DNA of 64,000 nucleotides from the human T2T-CHM13v2.0 reference genome, Homo sapiens: NCBI RefSeq assembly GCF_009914755.1, contig NC_060928.1; one strand, 5' to 3'. The translations under genes and the position numbers were made by a program. The notes under the pieces were generated by a model. That model was not told the origin of the DNA, ran no database searches, and saw only the letters and a program-made list of their open reading frames with translations. This document shows, one piece after another, positions 12,561-26,115 of the stretch; the first letter of the stretch is position 1, and each line of letters begins with the position of its first letter.

Positions 12561-14583
12561 TGTTTTCCAAATTTCTAGGAAGGAGATTCTCTGACATAAC
12601 TTTATCATTCATTCTAATGTTTATTGCCCATATTGAGGACATTCCTTAATCTAGTAGTGGGTAATGTGGTAGTTAAATCACCTATAACTCCAAATAACTC
12701 AGTAAAGGACTTGGGCTTAGGAGTTGCTAAGTATGAGCAATAATCTGGAATCAGCATCATCATAATTCATCATAAGTTTAGAATATCTTAGGGCAAGCCA
12801 AGGTTGATGTTAGAATATGTGGTGTTATGGGTCAGGTTGCTTTTCTTATGCATTTTACCCAGTGGAATAAATTTATTTTAAACAGACACTATGGCAGATA
12901 GGAATAATGGAGAAAGAAAAAAAATCAAAGCTTCTAATTAAATAAGTTTTATACATTTCCTCAAAAACTTTAGTATTATAATAATGTCAAGAAACATTTA
13001 GTTTCACTTATTCAAAAAAATCAACTTTCACACATTTAGAAAGTAATAGCCTGCTTGGAAGTATATCTGTATAACTGTGAAAGACTAAGTCTTATTTCCA
13101 TGTCGTGATAATGTTGACCATTTGAGATATAGTAATAGACAACCATATAACCTGATTACAAAGACCTAATCTAATTTGACAGATTTGGAATTATAAATTT
13201 AATAATTACTTCTAAAATTTTTGCCTCTTCTGTCTCCCTTCACCTTTGAGAAAACAAAATAATTTTGGATTTCTGACTTTTAGCAAGAGAATATCTGATA
13301 AATGTGGCTTTATGCGACAGAAGTATAATTCATATTTGCTTAGAAATGTAAAGATGATAGCAATAGAATGAACTCACTAGGAACTGGTAGTTTTATGGTC
13401 ACATTAGTACCTGTGATGGAGGTAAGAAGGTAATGCAAAAGCTACAGTGTGATTTAAGCACAAATGTAAAGCTAGACAGAGCAGAATGGAAATAGCACTG
13501 TGTTGTAAGACTATGATTGTTCTTTTTGTGGGAAGGACGGGGAATTAGTGGGTTATTACTATAATTGCTGTTATTGCTGTTTGATGGTATGACCCTAATA
13601 GTTATAACTTTTTTACCATGAGTTAGCAACCCCAAAATGTTCTACAAATAGAACAGAAGATACCTTTTACCATAAGAAGTGTAAATATGTAGTATCAGAT
13701 TATAATTAAAAATTAATTGAAAAAAATATAGTATCATACTAATGGAAAGAGCTATGTCTGTAAAATAGAAGTTGTTTCATTTTAATAACCTCCTAAAGAT
13801 ATGATTGGCTCTGGATTGATGACTTTTTAGTTTAATTTTACAATGAAAGAACATGGTTGTGCTGATGATCAATATTAACAATATTCTATATGTTTATGAG
13901 CAATGATCATTTTAGATTTCACTTTTATTTTTAGCCCCAGGTCTTTAAAACTAACAGAAGTTTCTGATGCCCTTTATTTTTAGAACCATCTCATCTTTTG
14001 CTGTGAAATGGGATTTGTTAGTAAGAATAGCCACTCTAACATAAGGCATGGTCTCTGTGCTTATCTAAAAGTAATCCCATTACCTGAGCTGCAATTTTAG
14101 TTACTCATGTAAAGATTTTCTTGAAGTAGACTTTAATGTGCAATGTACTTTTAATTCTTTCAAGTAAAAAATTTTAGATTCACACTAGATGGAGCTCTTT
14201 AGCTAATTCCAGGATTATTTTTCAAAAGTTTATTCCCATTGAATGACCTGGTAAATATAATAACCCTAACAATTTCAACCTACAGCATTTTTCAGAATGG
14301 CGGCAATGACTAAGATTCCTATTTTATACCTTAGTTTATGTTTTAGATGGTGTGTAAGGATGAGGAGAGGGGTCATATATGAGATTACAGTCATATGCGA
14401 CTTCGAAAACTAGATTTACCTTGATATTTTAGAAATGTTTAACTTAATAACAAGAAAAACTCTGTGACTGCACATACAGAAAAGTATCTGCTGATCATAT
14501 ATCGTTTGTGTTCTATTTGTAGGCTAGAGAATGTGTTACCAATTTGTATAAATTCAGCATTGTTTATCCTTTTTTCTTTTCAG

Positions 14584-14742
14584 ATTGTTCCTCATGTGGT
14601 TAATTTGGTTCATTCTTTCAAAAATGATGGTCTGCCTTCAAGTACAGCCTTCTTAGTACAATTAACAGAATTGATACACTGTATGATGTATCATTATTCT
14701 GGATTTCCAGATCTCTATGAACCTATTCTGGAGGCAATAAAG
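14584..14742 (+). CDS. USP38: USP38 coding exon (probably exon 5)
   Basis: Long pyrimidine tract + cag, AAG|gtatga donor; 159 nt, IVPHVVNLVHSFKNDGLPSSTAFLVQLTELIHCMMYHYSGFPDLYEPILEAIK. Confidence 0.95.
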
Positions 14743-15155
14743 GTATGATGATAGTTGTACCAATATTTGTGGAGTTGTGTTATATTAATAAGGTGAAACA
14801 TTCTTATAACCAGCTACTCAATTTACTATTTTATGGTAATATGCTTTTTATTTGAAAAATGCAGTTAGAATCAGGTTTCATTTAGGGAGTAACAGCTTTC
14901 TTGCTGGAGTCACCATTCTAAATTAATAACCATATTTCTTTATTTCTGCAGTGTCATCAATTATAAGGCATATCTTTAAATTTATAATAGCTTTTTGGGA
15001 AATTTGTTTAAAAAGAAATGCTACGTTAAGTTAATGCATACATCAGATTTGCACCCCAATATTAGAAGTGTTAAAGTATATGTAGAGTACATCTTAGAAT
15101 ACAGGAACTGGAGTTTAATAAAATATTTGACTTTGATTTCTTCCCCTTTTTAATC

Positions 15156-15857
<702 letters not shown>

Positions 15858-17208
15858 TAAAAAGCACTTCTGTTTGTGTTGAAGACTGGATCACAATAAA
15901 CATACTTTCCTCTCAGTAAACTTACTGCATAATCAGTGTATAGCAAAAGAATAGGAGAACTGAACTCAGCCAAACTCAATCAGAAATTATTAGAAATCAA
16001 TTCTATTGATGGTTTTTTTGAGATCTGAATTTCAACATAAAGGTCTTATTATCTTTACTTCTGTATCTGAGGTGGATTAAAAACAGTTCTTTTTACTGTA
16101 TCATTAACTAAATCAAACTTATTTTGGTTGAGCTCAGAACACAAAGACTGTTAAGCAATTAATGTATATTGCTGGGGTGACACTTTGACACTTCAGAAGT
16201 AGATTATGTTCAGGAGCATTGTGAAGTGGATTTGATGGTAATATTAATCTCTTTCTACATTGTCCCTGGATCCATAGATGATAGTTGCTGCACTTGTTAA
16301 TTGATTGCCATTGTTTAGTTCATCAGAGTTTTTCATGTTGAAAATTCTGATAACTCATATAGGCTCAGAAGAAACAATGGGCTCGCTCTAAGCCCAAAGA
16401 AAGCACTTTTTCTTAGCTGTCAACAACAACAAAAATGAGAAGATTGAAACTCCTTCAGAAAATGTTTGTTTGTTAAGGTCTAAGTGCCAGATGCTAATAG
16501 CAATCCAGATAAGCCCTAATGATTTTACCAACTTCCCTTACTCTCCAGTGCTCTATTCATGCTTGAAATAATTTACACTTGAAATGTTATCTCATACTTC
16601 ACAAAGTTGATAAGAAAAATCCATATGTTGTAATAATTTTCTATATGGGTAACATGAGATTAAGTTTTATTTTTCTTAAAGGTCATTGTGCATAGATGCT
16701 TTCATTTCTCATTTCTTAATTACTTTGGGATTTTATTTCTAAGGGTTAATACTGAGTAAATATTAGTATTTAATGAAAAGGAGACATTTTTATTACAAAA
16801 TTTGAAAACAAATTGTTTACTTATGTTTAACTGTGTGCTAAAATTTAAGTCTTCATTCTACTGCCTTTGAATAGCACTGCAGTGTATTCTCTGACCCCAA
16901 AGTTTTATTTTATAAACATTTTGCTGGCATATAGAGAACATAAAGAGTTCAAATGTGACTTGAATTTCCAGCTTTTGAGTATTCCTTAACTTGATAAAAT
17001 CTGTTATTAGACAATATTTATTTTTGCCATACAGTGAAATTTGATATTTTCATGACTAGCCAAGTACTGCCAGTTACTTCAAAACTAAGTGGGGGAAAAG
17101 AAAGTTCAAATGTCGGTGTAAGAATCTTCTTAATGGTGTTAATTAATTTAACAACAAAAATAATTTTTACTTTACTTTTAAACTGTTTTTCTTCTTTATG
17201 ACCTATAG

Positions 17209-17402
17209 GATTTTCCTAAGCCCAGTGAAGAGAAGATTAAGTTAATTCTCAATCAAAGTGCCTGGACTTCTCAATCCAATTCTTTGGCGTCTTGCTTGTC
17301 TAGACTTTCTGGAAAATCTGAAACTGGGAAAACTGGTCTTATTAACCTAGGAAATACATGTTATATGAACAGTGTTATACAAGCCTTGTTTATGGCCACA
17401 GA
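17209..17402 (+). CDS. USP38: USP38 coding exon (probably exon 6) with USP Cys box
   Basis: acctatag acceptor, GA|gtaagt donor; 194 nt, DFPKPSEEKIKL...GKTGLINLGNTCYMNSVIQALFMAT; catalytic Cys codon TGT at 17359-17361. Confidence 0.97.
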
Positions 17403-17552
17403 GTAAGTTTAAACTTGAATCTTTTCATTTTAACTGTAGAAGTTGATGCATGCTGATGAAATATAAGATGATAGAATTGTCTACACATTATTCCTTATAA
17501 ATGGCATAAATGTTAACTTTGATTGCCTTATTCAGAAATGAAACTGCTTTTA

Positions 17553-17876
<324 letters not shown>

Positions 17877-18433
17877 AGTTAACATTAATTCTGCTTATTA
17901 TTCATTGCATTTAAATGCCACTTTAAAGAAATTACTATTCCAAAGAGTTTAAGTGTGCTAGAGTACTTCATTGTTGTTATCCTGTGAGACTGTAATTTTT
18001 TTTAACCTATACGTGTTTTGAGGGAAGTTATATATAATTTTATCTGCCGGTCAGTATTTTGGTATTTGTCAGATCAACAACTTTGTTGCTGTTTGAGAAG
18101 TTTAAGTTCTGCTCCACCCCAGGGCAATAATTACTGAACACATGTATAAACAGACATGTTCCTTTCCCCTCTTAAGAATTTTCTTTCAAATCCATTTTCT
18201 TTTGCACCTAAGCAAATAGGAAATCAGAAGTTGTTAGTTATGTGAATGCTATCTGCAAAGGTACAAAATAACGATAAACTTTTCCTGAAGACAAAAACAT
18301 GATTGAATTTTTCTCCTGATTACCAATAAGCTATTCATGGAACTTGCCCAAAGAGGTTTACAAATTAAGTTCTAAGCTTTTCCAAGTTGTTATGCCTGCC
18401 CAGAGGAATCATAAACTATGAAATGTCGAATTT

Positions 18434-18738
18434 GGTTGGGTGCCGTGGCTTGCGCCTGTAATCCCAGCACTTTGGGAGGGTGAGGCAGGTGGATCATGAG
18501 GTCAGGAATTTGAGACCAGCCTGACCAACATGGTGAAACCCCGTCTCTACTAAAAATACAAAAATTAGCCAGGCATGGTGATGCGTGCCTGTAATCCCAA
18601 CTATTCAGGAGGCTGAGGCAGGAGAATCACTTGAACCCAGGAGGCGGAGGTTGCAGTGAGCCAAGATTGTGCCACTGCACTCCAGCCTGGGCAACACAGT
18701 GAGACTCCATCTAAAAAAGAAAGAAAGAGAGAGAGAGA
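18434..18738 (+). mobile_element. Alu (AluSg-like) with GA-rich tail
   Basis: Full Alu, ggatcatgaggtcagg short form; GAATTT on both flanks. Confidence 0.92.
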
Positions 18739-19129
18739 AGAATTTGCTTTATTTTATTGTTGGGCTCCAGATTATAATATCAGCACTCAGGTGTTTTTGG
18801 TTTCATTTAGCATTTAATTTTTTGGTTTGTTTGTATTTGGAATTTTTTTTTTTTTAGAGAGCAGCTATATCTTTAGACACAAGTGATACTAGGCATAAGA
18901 CTGAAAGAATCCCCATCTTACCACCAGAGGTCATCTAGTCCAGACATCTCCTTTTACAGATGACAGAGAAAACAAAAAACCAAAGCAGTTATAACGGCAA
19001 GAGCAAATAAAAGGTTATCTCTTATTGAACAGTGGCCAATAATATTATCTCTGAATGGGAAGACAGCATATTTTATTTCTTAAGTAATATATGAATTATT
19101 CTTCATAGTTTAAAAATAAATTTTATATA

Positions 19130-20190
19130 GAATAAAAAGCAGACATTCCCATTTCCAAAGGTAATTTGTTAACAGTTACGTTGTTCCAGACCTTTTTTGG
19201 TACAGTTGCATGTTTGTATTTAATATGAAAACAAATGCATTTTTTAAAGAAAATTTGCAGAGAATCCTATTTATATATTCTTTTCCAGCCACTTGCTTTT
19301 ATCATTTAATAATTTGTATTCGAAATATTCCCATATTGGGGCAATACAGATCCGTGTCATTCCCAGTAAATGTGTATGCCATCATTTATTTATTAAATAC
19401 TCATTTAATTTAATGAGATTTAATAAATAAGTTAAATTAGTATTTAATAAATACTTCTTTATTTAATAATGCTCCTATTGATGAATATTAGGTTGTTTTG
19501 CTTATAATTAACATCTCTCTGCCCTTATACAGATACAGAGGATTTTTCTTTGAATATTTTCCATATCTTTGAATATCCTTTGAATATCTTTCAAATTGCT
19601 CTCCAAAAAAGCTGTAGCATTTTGAACTCTGATACCAATATAAGATTGTACCTAGAACCTGTACCTTTAGCAACAAATCAGCCTTTTTAATTATTTGCCA
19701 ATATGAAGAAAAATGTCTCTTAATTTGCATATTGCTGCTAATTATAGAGTTTTTCCCTCTCTTATTTTTCTTTATTCATTTGTGTTTCTCTTCCAAATAA
19801 CCTGTTCTTTTCTTTGTACATCTTTTTGTTGGGTCTTTTTTGTTTTCATGTTGCTTTATATATACTCTGGATGATCATCCTTTGCTACATGCTTTTTTCA
19901 AGGCACAATTCAAATTTGTGGGGTGTTTTATTTATAATTTTTTAATTTTATGTATTCCAGTCTTCCACTTTTCATTTGTAGCGTCTGGACTTTTAAAAGC
20001 CTTTACCCTCTAAATTTCTTGTTTCTTTATTTTAAGTACTTCAGTAGTTTTGTATTTTATATCTAGCTCATTAGTCCTGTGGTATCTGTATTGGTGTATA
20101 ATCTTATGTAACTTCATTTTTTACCGGATGGATACCCAGTTGTCCCTTTACTTTTTTTTTTTTTTTGAGTAGTTTATCCTTTTCCCACGC
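19130..20190 (-). mobile_element. Ancient L1 (L1M-type) 3' remnant
   Basis: Degenerate antisense L1 phrases (ctcctattgatgaatattaggttgttt, tctctttaatttgcat-like, gatacccagttgtccc). Confidence 0.55.
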
Positions 20191-20526
20191 TCTATTCTTT
20201 AAATGACTTTAATTTTATAGTGTGTTTTAATGACAGCATATTTTTTTATTTCATGAAGATTTGAAAGAATTTAAGTTTACTTATAAATTAATGGCTTAAC
20301 CTATTTGTATTTGCTAATCCAGAAAATAGAAATAATATGTGATAGCACATAGTCCATTAACAGGCTTTATAGTAAATGTTAATTTATTGTCATTCTTCCC
20401 TTCCTTCTTTACTGTTAGATAGATAACTTCCTTAGGAAAAGGACCATTAGGTAAATGAAGTTTTACTTTAAGGATAATAAATTCTTGAACTAACTTGCTT
20501 TTAGCTTTTAAGAAATGCTTTTAAAT

Positions 20527-20672
20527 GGCCAGGCACAGTGGCTTATGCCTGTAATTCCAGCACTTTGGGAGGCCGAGGTGGGTGGATCATTTGAGGTTTC
20601 GGTGAGCTGAGATTGTGCCACTGCCCTCCAGCCTGGGCAACAAAAGGAAACTCTGTCTCAAAAAAAAAAAAA
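20527..20672 (+). mobile_element. Internally deleted Alu
   Basis: Left-arm start joined at GAGGT (20593-20597) to the right-arm end and tail; GCTTTT(T)AA on both flanks. Confidence 0.88.
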
Positions 20673-20733
20673 GCTTTTAATAAATGCATGTGTTTGTACG
20701 CACATATATATAAATCATTATATTCTCTTTCAG

Positions 20734-20827
20734 TTTCAGGAGACAAGTATTATCTTTAAATCTAAATGGGTGCAATTCATTAATGAAAAAATTACAGCAT
20801 CTTTTTGCCTTTCTGGCCCATACACAG
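20734..20827 (+). CDS. USP38: USP38 coding exon (probably exon 7)
   Basis: ttctctttcag acceptor, CAG|gtgagt donor; 94 nt, (D)FRRQVLSLNLNGCNSLMKKLQHLFAFLAHTQ; phase matches both neighbours. Confidence 0.95.
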
Positions 20828-21477
20828 GTGAGTGTGTATGTGTATATAGTACGTTTATGTTAACTGCGTGGTAATATTCATTAAACTTTACCTTATACCT
20901 AACCTTTTTAACTGATGAAATAATATAATAGATATCTCACCCAGTATAACAAATCCACTTAGAAATGCTAAAGAGATCCTGCCTAAAATATCTAGATTTT
21001 TTTTTATTTTCAGGATATGCCCTAAGTTTTTATATTTTTCTCTTGCTTCCCATTATTGTAGCTGAATATTACGCTGACCCATTGATCTAGAAATTTTTAC
21101 AAAGAAAATATGATTTCCTATCCAATAAATAAGTTCCTTCATGAAGAATTATTTTTAAGTGCATCTTTGTTTCCTGATATTAAATTAGTAGATTTGTACA
21201 ATAATGAGCAAATAAAATAATATTGTGGTGCCTGGGCTTTTTTCTCTTTTCTTATGTATACCTATTCATTATAACTAAAGATCTCTGCAGTTCTGTTTAT
21301 CTGTTAAGTTCTAGAGCTTAAAATTTCGTGGTGATCTTTTATGTCCACACATTAATCCGGGGTCATTAATTTATATTAATGGCACCAAGGTGGTCATATA
21401 TAGTAAATATTCACTCAACAGACATTTATTAAGAGACGCTATATGCAGTCAGTGATAAGCATTAAAAGAAGAGTCTT

Positions 21478-21769
<292 letters not shown>

Positions 21770-22539
21770 GAGTCTTTATGTTCAAAGAACTTTTAGTTTA
21801 GATTTTGAGCCTATACACATGAGTAATATATATGTCATTATTTATAATATATATTATTATTTTTCTGGTTTTACTTTCATTGCCTTTATCTCACAGAGGT
21901 CTAAAGGAGCAGTAGTTAGGACCAGAAGAAACAATAGGTTGAGAATTGATGGGGTTCAGTTGATGGGAATGCTTTTGTTTTCTTTCTACAAGCTGAGAAA
22001 TATCTCAAATATAACTTCTTAAATGGAAAGAATCTAGACAGGATTAATATGAGATGATAGTAATGGCCTATGAGTAGTTATATACTCAGATATTTTTATT
22101 ATTCTTTATCTGGGGAAAGTATGTTCACAAATTAAATTTACCATATCAAGACCAAGGGAAACGAAATGAAAACTATCTCCTTCCTCACTCCCTGTTGTTT
22201 CCTAGTAAATTGATTTTTGTGCTTTATCACTAGTATGTATTTATTATATATAAAATATATATGTAGGCAGATATATACTTTATTAACTTACTAAATCAGA
22301 GCTATTAGGAAAAAAAATCTTAGGGGAGGTTTCCCTCCTCCTCCCAAGAAAAGTAGAAATTAAAAAGAGCCTGATTAAATTTCTGTCACAGTTGAGACTG
22401 TCTCTGGTAGCAGCCTGACAGAGATTATTTTAGGCAGATAGATTTTCCCATATAATTGAAAAGTCCTTTTTTCTTATAATTAATAAAACAACACTTATTG
22501 AACAGTTACTTTTTTTTAACCCCTGGTCTAAATCTTTTA

Positions 22540-22690
22540 TGTCTTAATCATCAAAAACAGTCTGTCAGGTAATAAGGTATATCCCCATTTTACAGATGAA
22601 GAAAACAGGCTTACATTACCTGTTCAGGGTCATGCAAGCGAGCAGCAGGGTTGAGATATGAACCAAACAGCTCTGAAGCCCATGTTTAAC
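22540..22690. mobile_element. MIR fragment
   Basis: MIR core atccccattttacagatgaagaaaacaggctt; similar cores near 1500-1610, 5430-5600, 18900-18970, 23200-23320, 36050-36200 and 44190-44300. Confidence 0.65.
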
Positions 22691-23488
22691 GTAGGCTAAA
22701 CTTCCTTCCTTCAGAATGCTATAAACACCCTTAATTTGGGTAAAATTTTTCTTAACTGAGAACTTCATTGTTATGAAGTTATGCCACAAATAATCAAAAT
22801 GTCAAGAGAATTCCAAAGTTTCAACTTACAATCACATCTTCGAGATGCCTTTTCAGTTCTTTTTTGTCATGGCAAAATCTAGGATTTGAACCTGGTTCAC
22901 TCCAGAGTCCAAAGTTTAATCACTAAGCAGCCTCTATACTTTAAAACAAAAATTAGCAAAGGTTTCTAACCAGTGTACTCACAATCTGCACATATATGAC
23001 ATGTATCTGCTCAAGGAAATTTTTGCCTAAAGTAGGTATGCATGACTCTAGAGTATTTCCTTTATTACTTTGTTCAAAATATATACTAACAAAATATACA
23101 TTAATCTTTTTTAGATTTGATTTTTCAAAAAATTGTGGACTCAAACATGACTGTCATAGAGGGATGATACCAGGAGCTTTATATCAAGAGTTAGACATGG
23201 GTTCTACTTTAATGCCTTGTGCTACTCATTTAGCTGTATGACCCTGGGCAAGTCACCTGTTTCTCTAGCTCTCAATTCTCCTCTGCAGAGTGAGAAGTTA
23301 TGACTAAAGATTACCTAACTTTATTTCTAAATAATTTTATCTGTCCCTAAGTTGCCACGTCCGGCACTTTTGGCTGATGCAATGTTAACTGTAAATAACC
23401 TTTATTAAACACTGTATATTAAGATTTCAGTTACTTGGTTCATGCTATAAGAATCACTTCCTTATATTTTCTCAATTGCTCTCAAAAG

Positions 23489-23595
23489 AGGGAAGCATAC
23501 GCACCTCGGATATTCTTTGAGGCTTCCAGACCTCCATGGTTTACTCCCAGATCACAGCAAGACTGTTCTGAATACCTCAGATTTCTCCTTGACAG
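23489..23595 (+). CDS. USP38: USP38 coding exon (probably exon 8) with QQD box
   Basis: ctcaaaag acceptor, AG|gtaaaa donor; 107 nt, REAYAPRIFFEASRPPWFTPRSQQDCSEYLRFLLD(R), the typical USP QQDxxE motif. Confidence 0.95.
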
Positions 23596-23788
23596 GTAAA
23601 AAGTATTCTTAAAATTGTGATTTGAGTGTTGTCTTTCATAACAGTTTAATTCTACTTAATATTGCTTTTACCTTTAAAAACATATTTCAAATATTACTCT
23701 TTAAAATACTATTGCATTTCTTGTATGTTTTTTATATTTTCTTTTGTTTTTAATTTATTTTCCTTTTTTGAATTTTCTTCCTTGAGAC

Positions 23789-24240
23789 CAGCTGTTCTCA
23801 AAGTGTGAAACAAGGACCCCTGCGGGTTCCCAAAACACTTTCAGGAGTCTGTGAGGTCTTCTCTTTTCCAACAGCATAACTGTGTGAGGCCAGATTTTCT
23901 TTATATGCTTCATCCAAAAAACATATAACAATAGAATGCAGAGAAGATATGAGGCTCCAGCTGTCTTCTGTTAAGCCAGATACTTAAAATATTTGCAAAA
24001 TGTAAAACACTGCCATTCTTACTTTTTTTTGGTTTTAGAAAATACAACTTTTTCATTTTTATAATGTTACTAATATTAAATAATGGGTTTATTATTGTTT
24101 GCTAAATGTTAATATTTTATTTTCTCAGTTCTGACAGTAAATATCAATAAATACAACCCATGTAAAGGAAAGCTCTTTGTTTTTTAATTATTTTTAAGAG
24201 TATAAAGGGGTCCTGGCACCAAAAAATTTAAGAACCACTC
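23789..24240. mobile_element. hAT-Charlie non-autonomous element (Charlie4-like)
   Basis: Ends CAGCTGTTCTCAAA ... TTTAAGAACCACTC; 8-bp TSD CTTGAGAC / CTTTAGAC. Confidence 0.75.
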
Positions 24241-24752
24241 CTTTAGACCAGTTCATAATTGTATGGGTTTGGTATGTTTTATTGTCGCCTGACCATTTAA
24301 TTAATAAAACCTGTTATCATCTGTATCTCCCTGTCTTTGTTCTGCTCTGTGGAATGACTAGTAAAGTTAGTTGGGCTTGGTATGTGCAGCCTTCCTTCCA
24401 TTCAGCTAAGAATCTATTCAGTAGTTTATTTGTGCCTGACTTTCTATGAGATGTCAGGAAGACAGAGATATATAAGACAGTTAAGGGACGTTTATAATTA
24501 ACTGCAATGTAATACATGCTATTAAGTAGCAGTATGAAGAAAGTGTAATGAGAATATAGAGTAGTAATAGCCACCCAGCTTTTTTTCTGCATTCTCAAAA
24601 CTGTTCAATTTTCTTTTAATTAAAACAGGAAAAACCTGATTTGTTTACATTAAATTTGATTAGAATAGTTTATAGAAGCCACTAATATTTTTAAATAGAA
24701 ATGACATTTGAAGTTAATTTAAGTAGCTATATAATGATATCCTCTGCTGCAG

Positions 24753-26115
24753 GCTCCATGAAGAAGAAAAGATCTTGAAAGTTCAGGCCTCACACAAGCC
24801 TTCTGAAATTCTGGAATGCAGTGAAACTTCTTTACAGGAAGTAGCTAGTAAAGCAGCAGTACTAACAGAGACCCCTCGTACAAGTGACGGTGAGAAGACT
24901 TTAATAGAAAAAATGTTTGGAGGAAAACTACGAACTCACATACGTTGTTTGAACTGCAGGAGTACCTCACAAAAAGTGGAAGCCTTTACAGATCTTTCGC
25001 TTGCCTTTTGTCCTTCCTCTTCTTTGGAAAACATGTCTGTCCAAGATCCAGCATCATCACCCAGTATACAAGATGGTGGTCTAATGCAAGCCTCTGTACC
25101 CGGTCCTTCAGAAGAACCAGTAGTTTATAATCCAACAACAGCTGCCTTCATCTGTGACTCACTTGTGAATGAAAAAACCATAGGCAGTCCTCCTAATGAG
25201 TTTTACTGTTCTGAAAACACTTCTGTCCCTAACGAATCTAACAAGATTCTTGTTAATAAAGATGTACCTCAGAAACCAGGAGGTGAAACCACACCTTCAG
25301 TAACTGACTTACTAAATTATTTTTTGGCTCCAGAGATTCTTACTGGTGATAACCAATATTATTGTGAAAACTGTGCCTCTCTGCAAAATGCTGAGAAAAC
25401 TATGCAAATCACGGAGGAACCTGAATACCTTATTCTTACTCTCCTGAGATTTTCATATGATCAGAAGTATCATGTGAGAAGGAAAATTTTAGACAATGTA
25501 TCACTGCCACTGGTTTTGGAGTTGCCAGTTAAAAGAATTACTTCTTTCTCTTCATTGTCAGAAAGTTGGTCTGTAGATGTTGACTTCACTGATCTTAGTG
25601 AGAACCTTGCTAAAAAATTAAAGCCTTCAGGGACTGATGAAGCTTCCTGCACAAAATTGGTGCCCTATCTATTAAGTTCCGTTGTGGTTCACTCTGGTAT
25701 ATCCTCTGAAAGTGGGCATTACTATTCTTATGCCAGAAATATCACAAGTACAGACTCTTCATATCAGATGTACCACCAGTCTGAGGCTCTGGCATTAGCA
25801 TCCTCCCAGAGTCATTTACTAGGGAGAGATAGTCCCAGTGCAGTTTTTGAACAGGATTTGGAAAATAAGGAAATGTCAAAAGAATGGTTTTTATTTAATG
25901 ACAGTAGAGTGACATTTACTTCATTTCAGTCAGTCCAGAAAATTACGAGCAGGTTTCCAAAGGACACAGCTTATGTGCTTTTGTATAAAAAACAGCATAG
26001 TACTAATGGTTTAAGTGGTAATAACCCAACCAGTGGACTCTGGATAAATGGAGACCCACCTCTACAGAAAGAACTTATGGATGCTATAACAAAAGACAAT
26101 AAACTATATTTACAG
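24753..26115 (+). CDS. USP38: USP38 large coding exon (probably exon 9): fingers, insertions, His box
   Basis: ctgctgcag acceptor, CAG|gtaagt donor; 1363 nt matching the 462-aa ORF; CLNC and CENC zinc ligands, VVVHSGISSESGHYYSY (His codon 25717-25719), WFLFNDSRV (Asp codon 25900-25902), AYVLLYKK. Confidence 0.98.
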
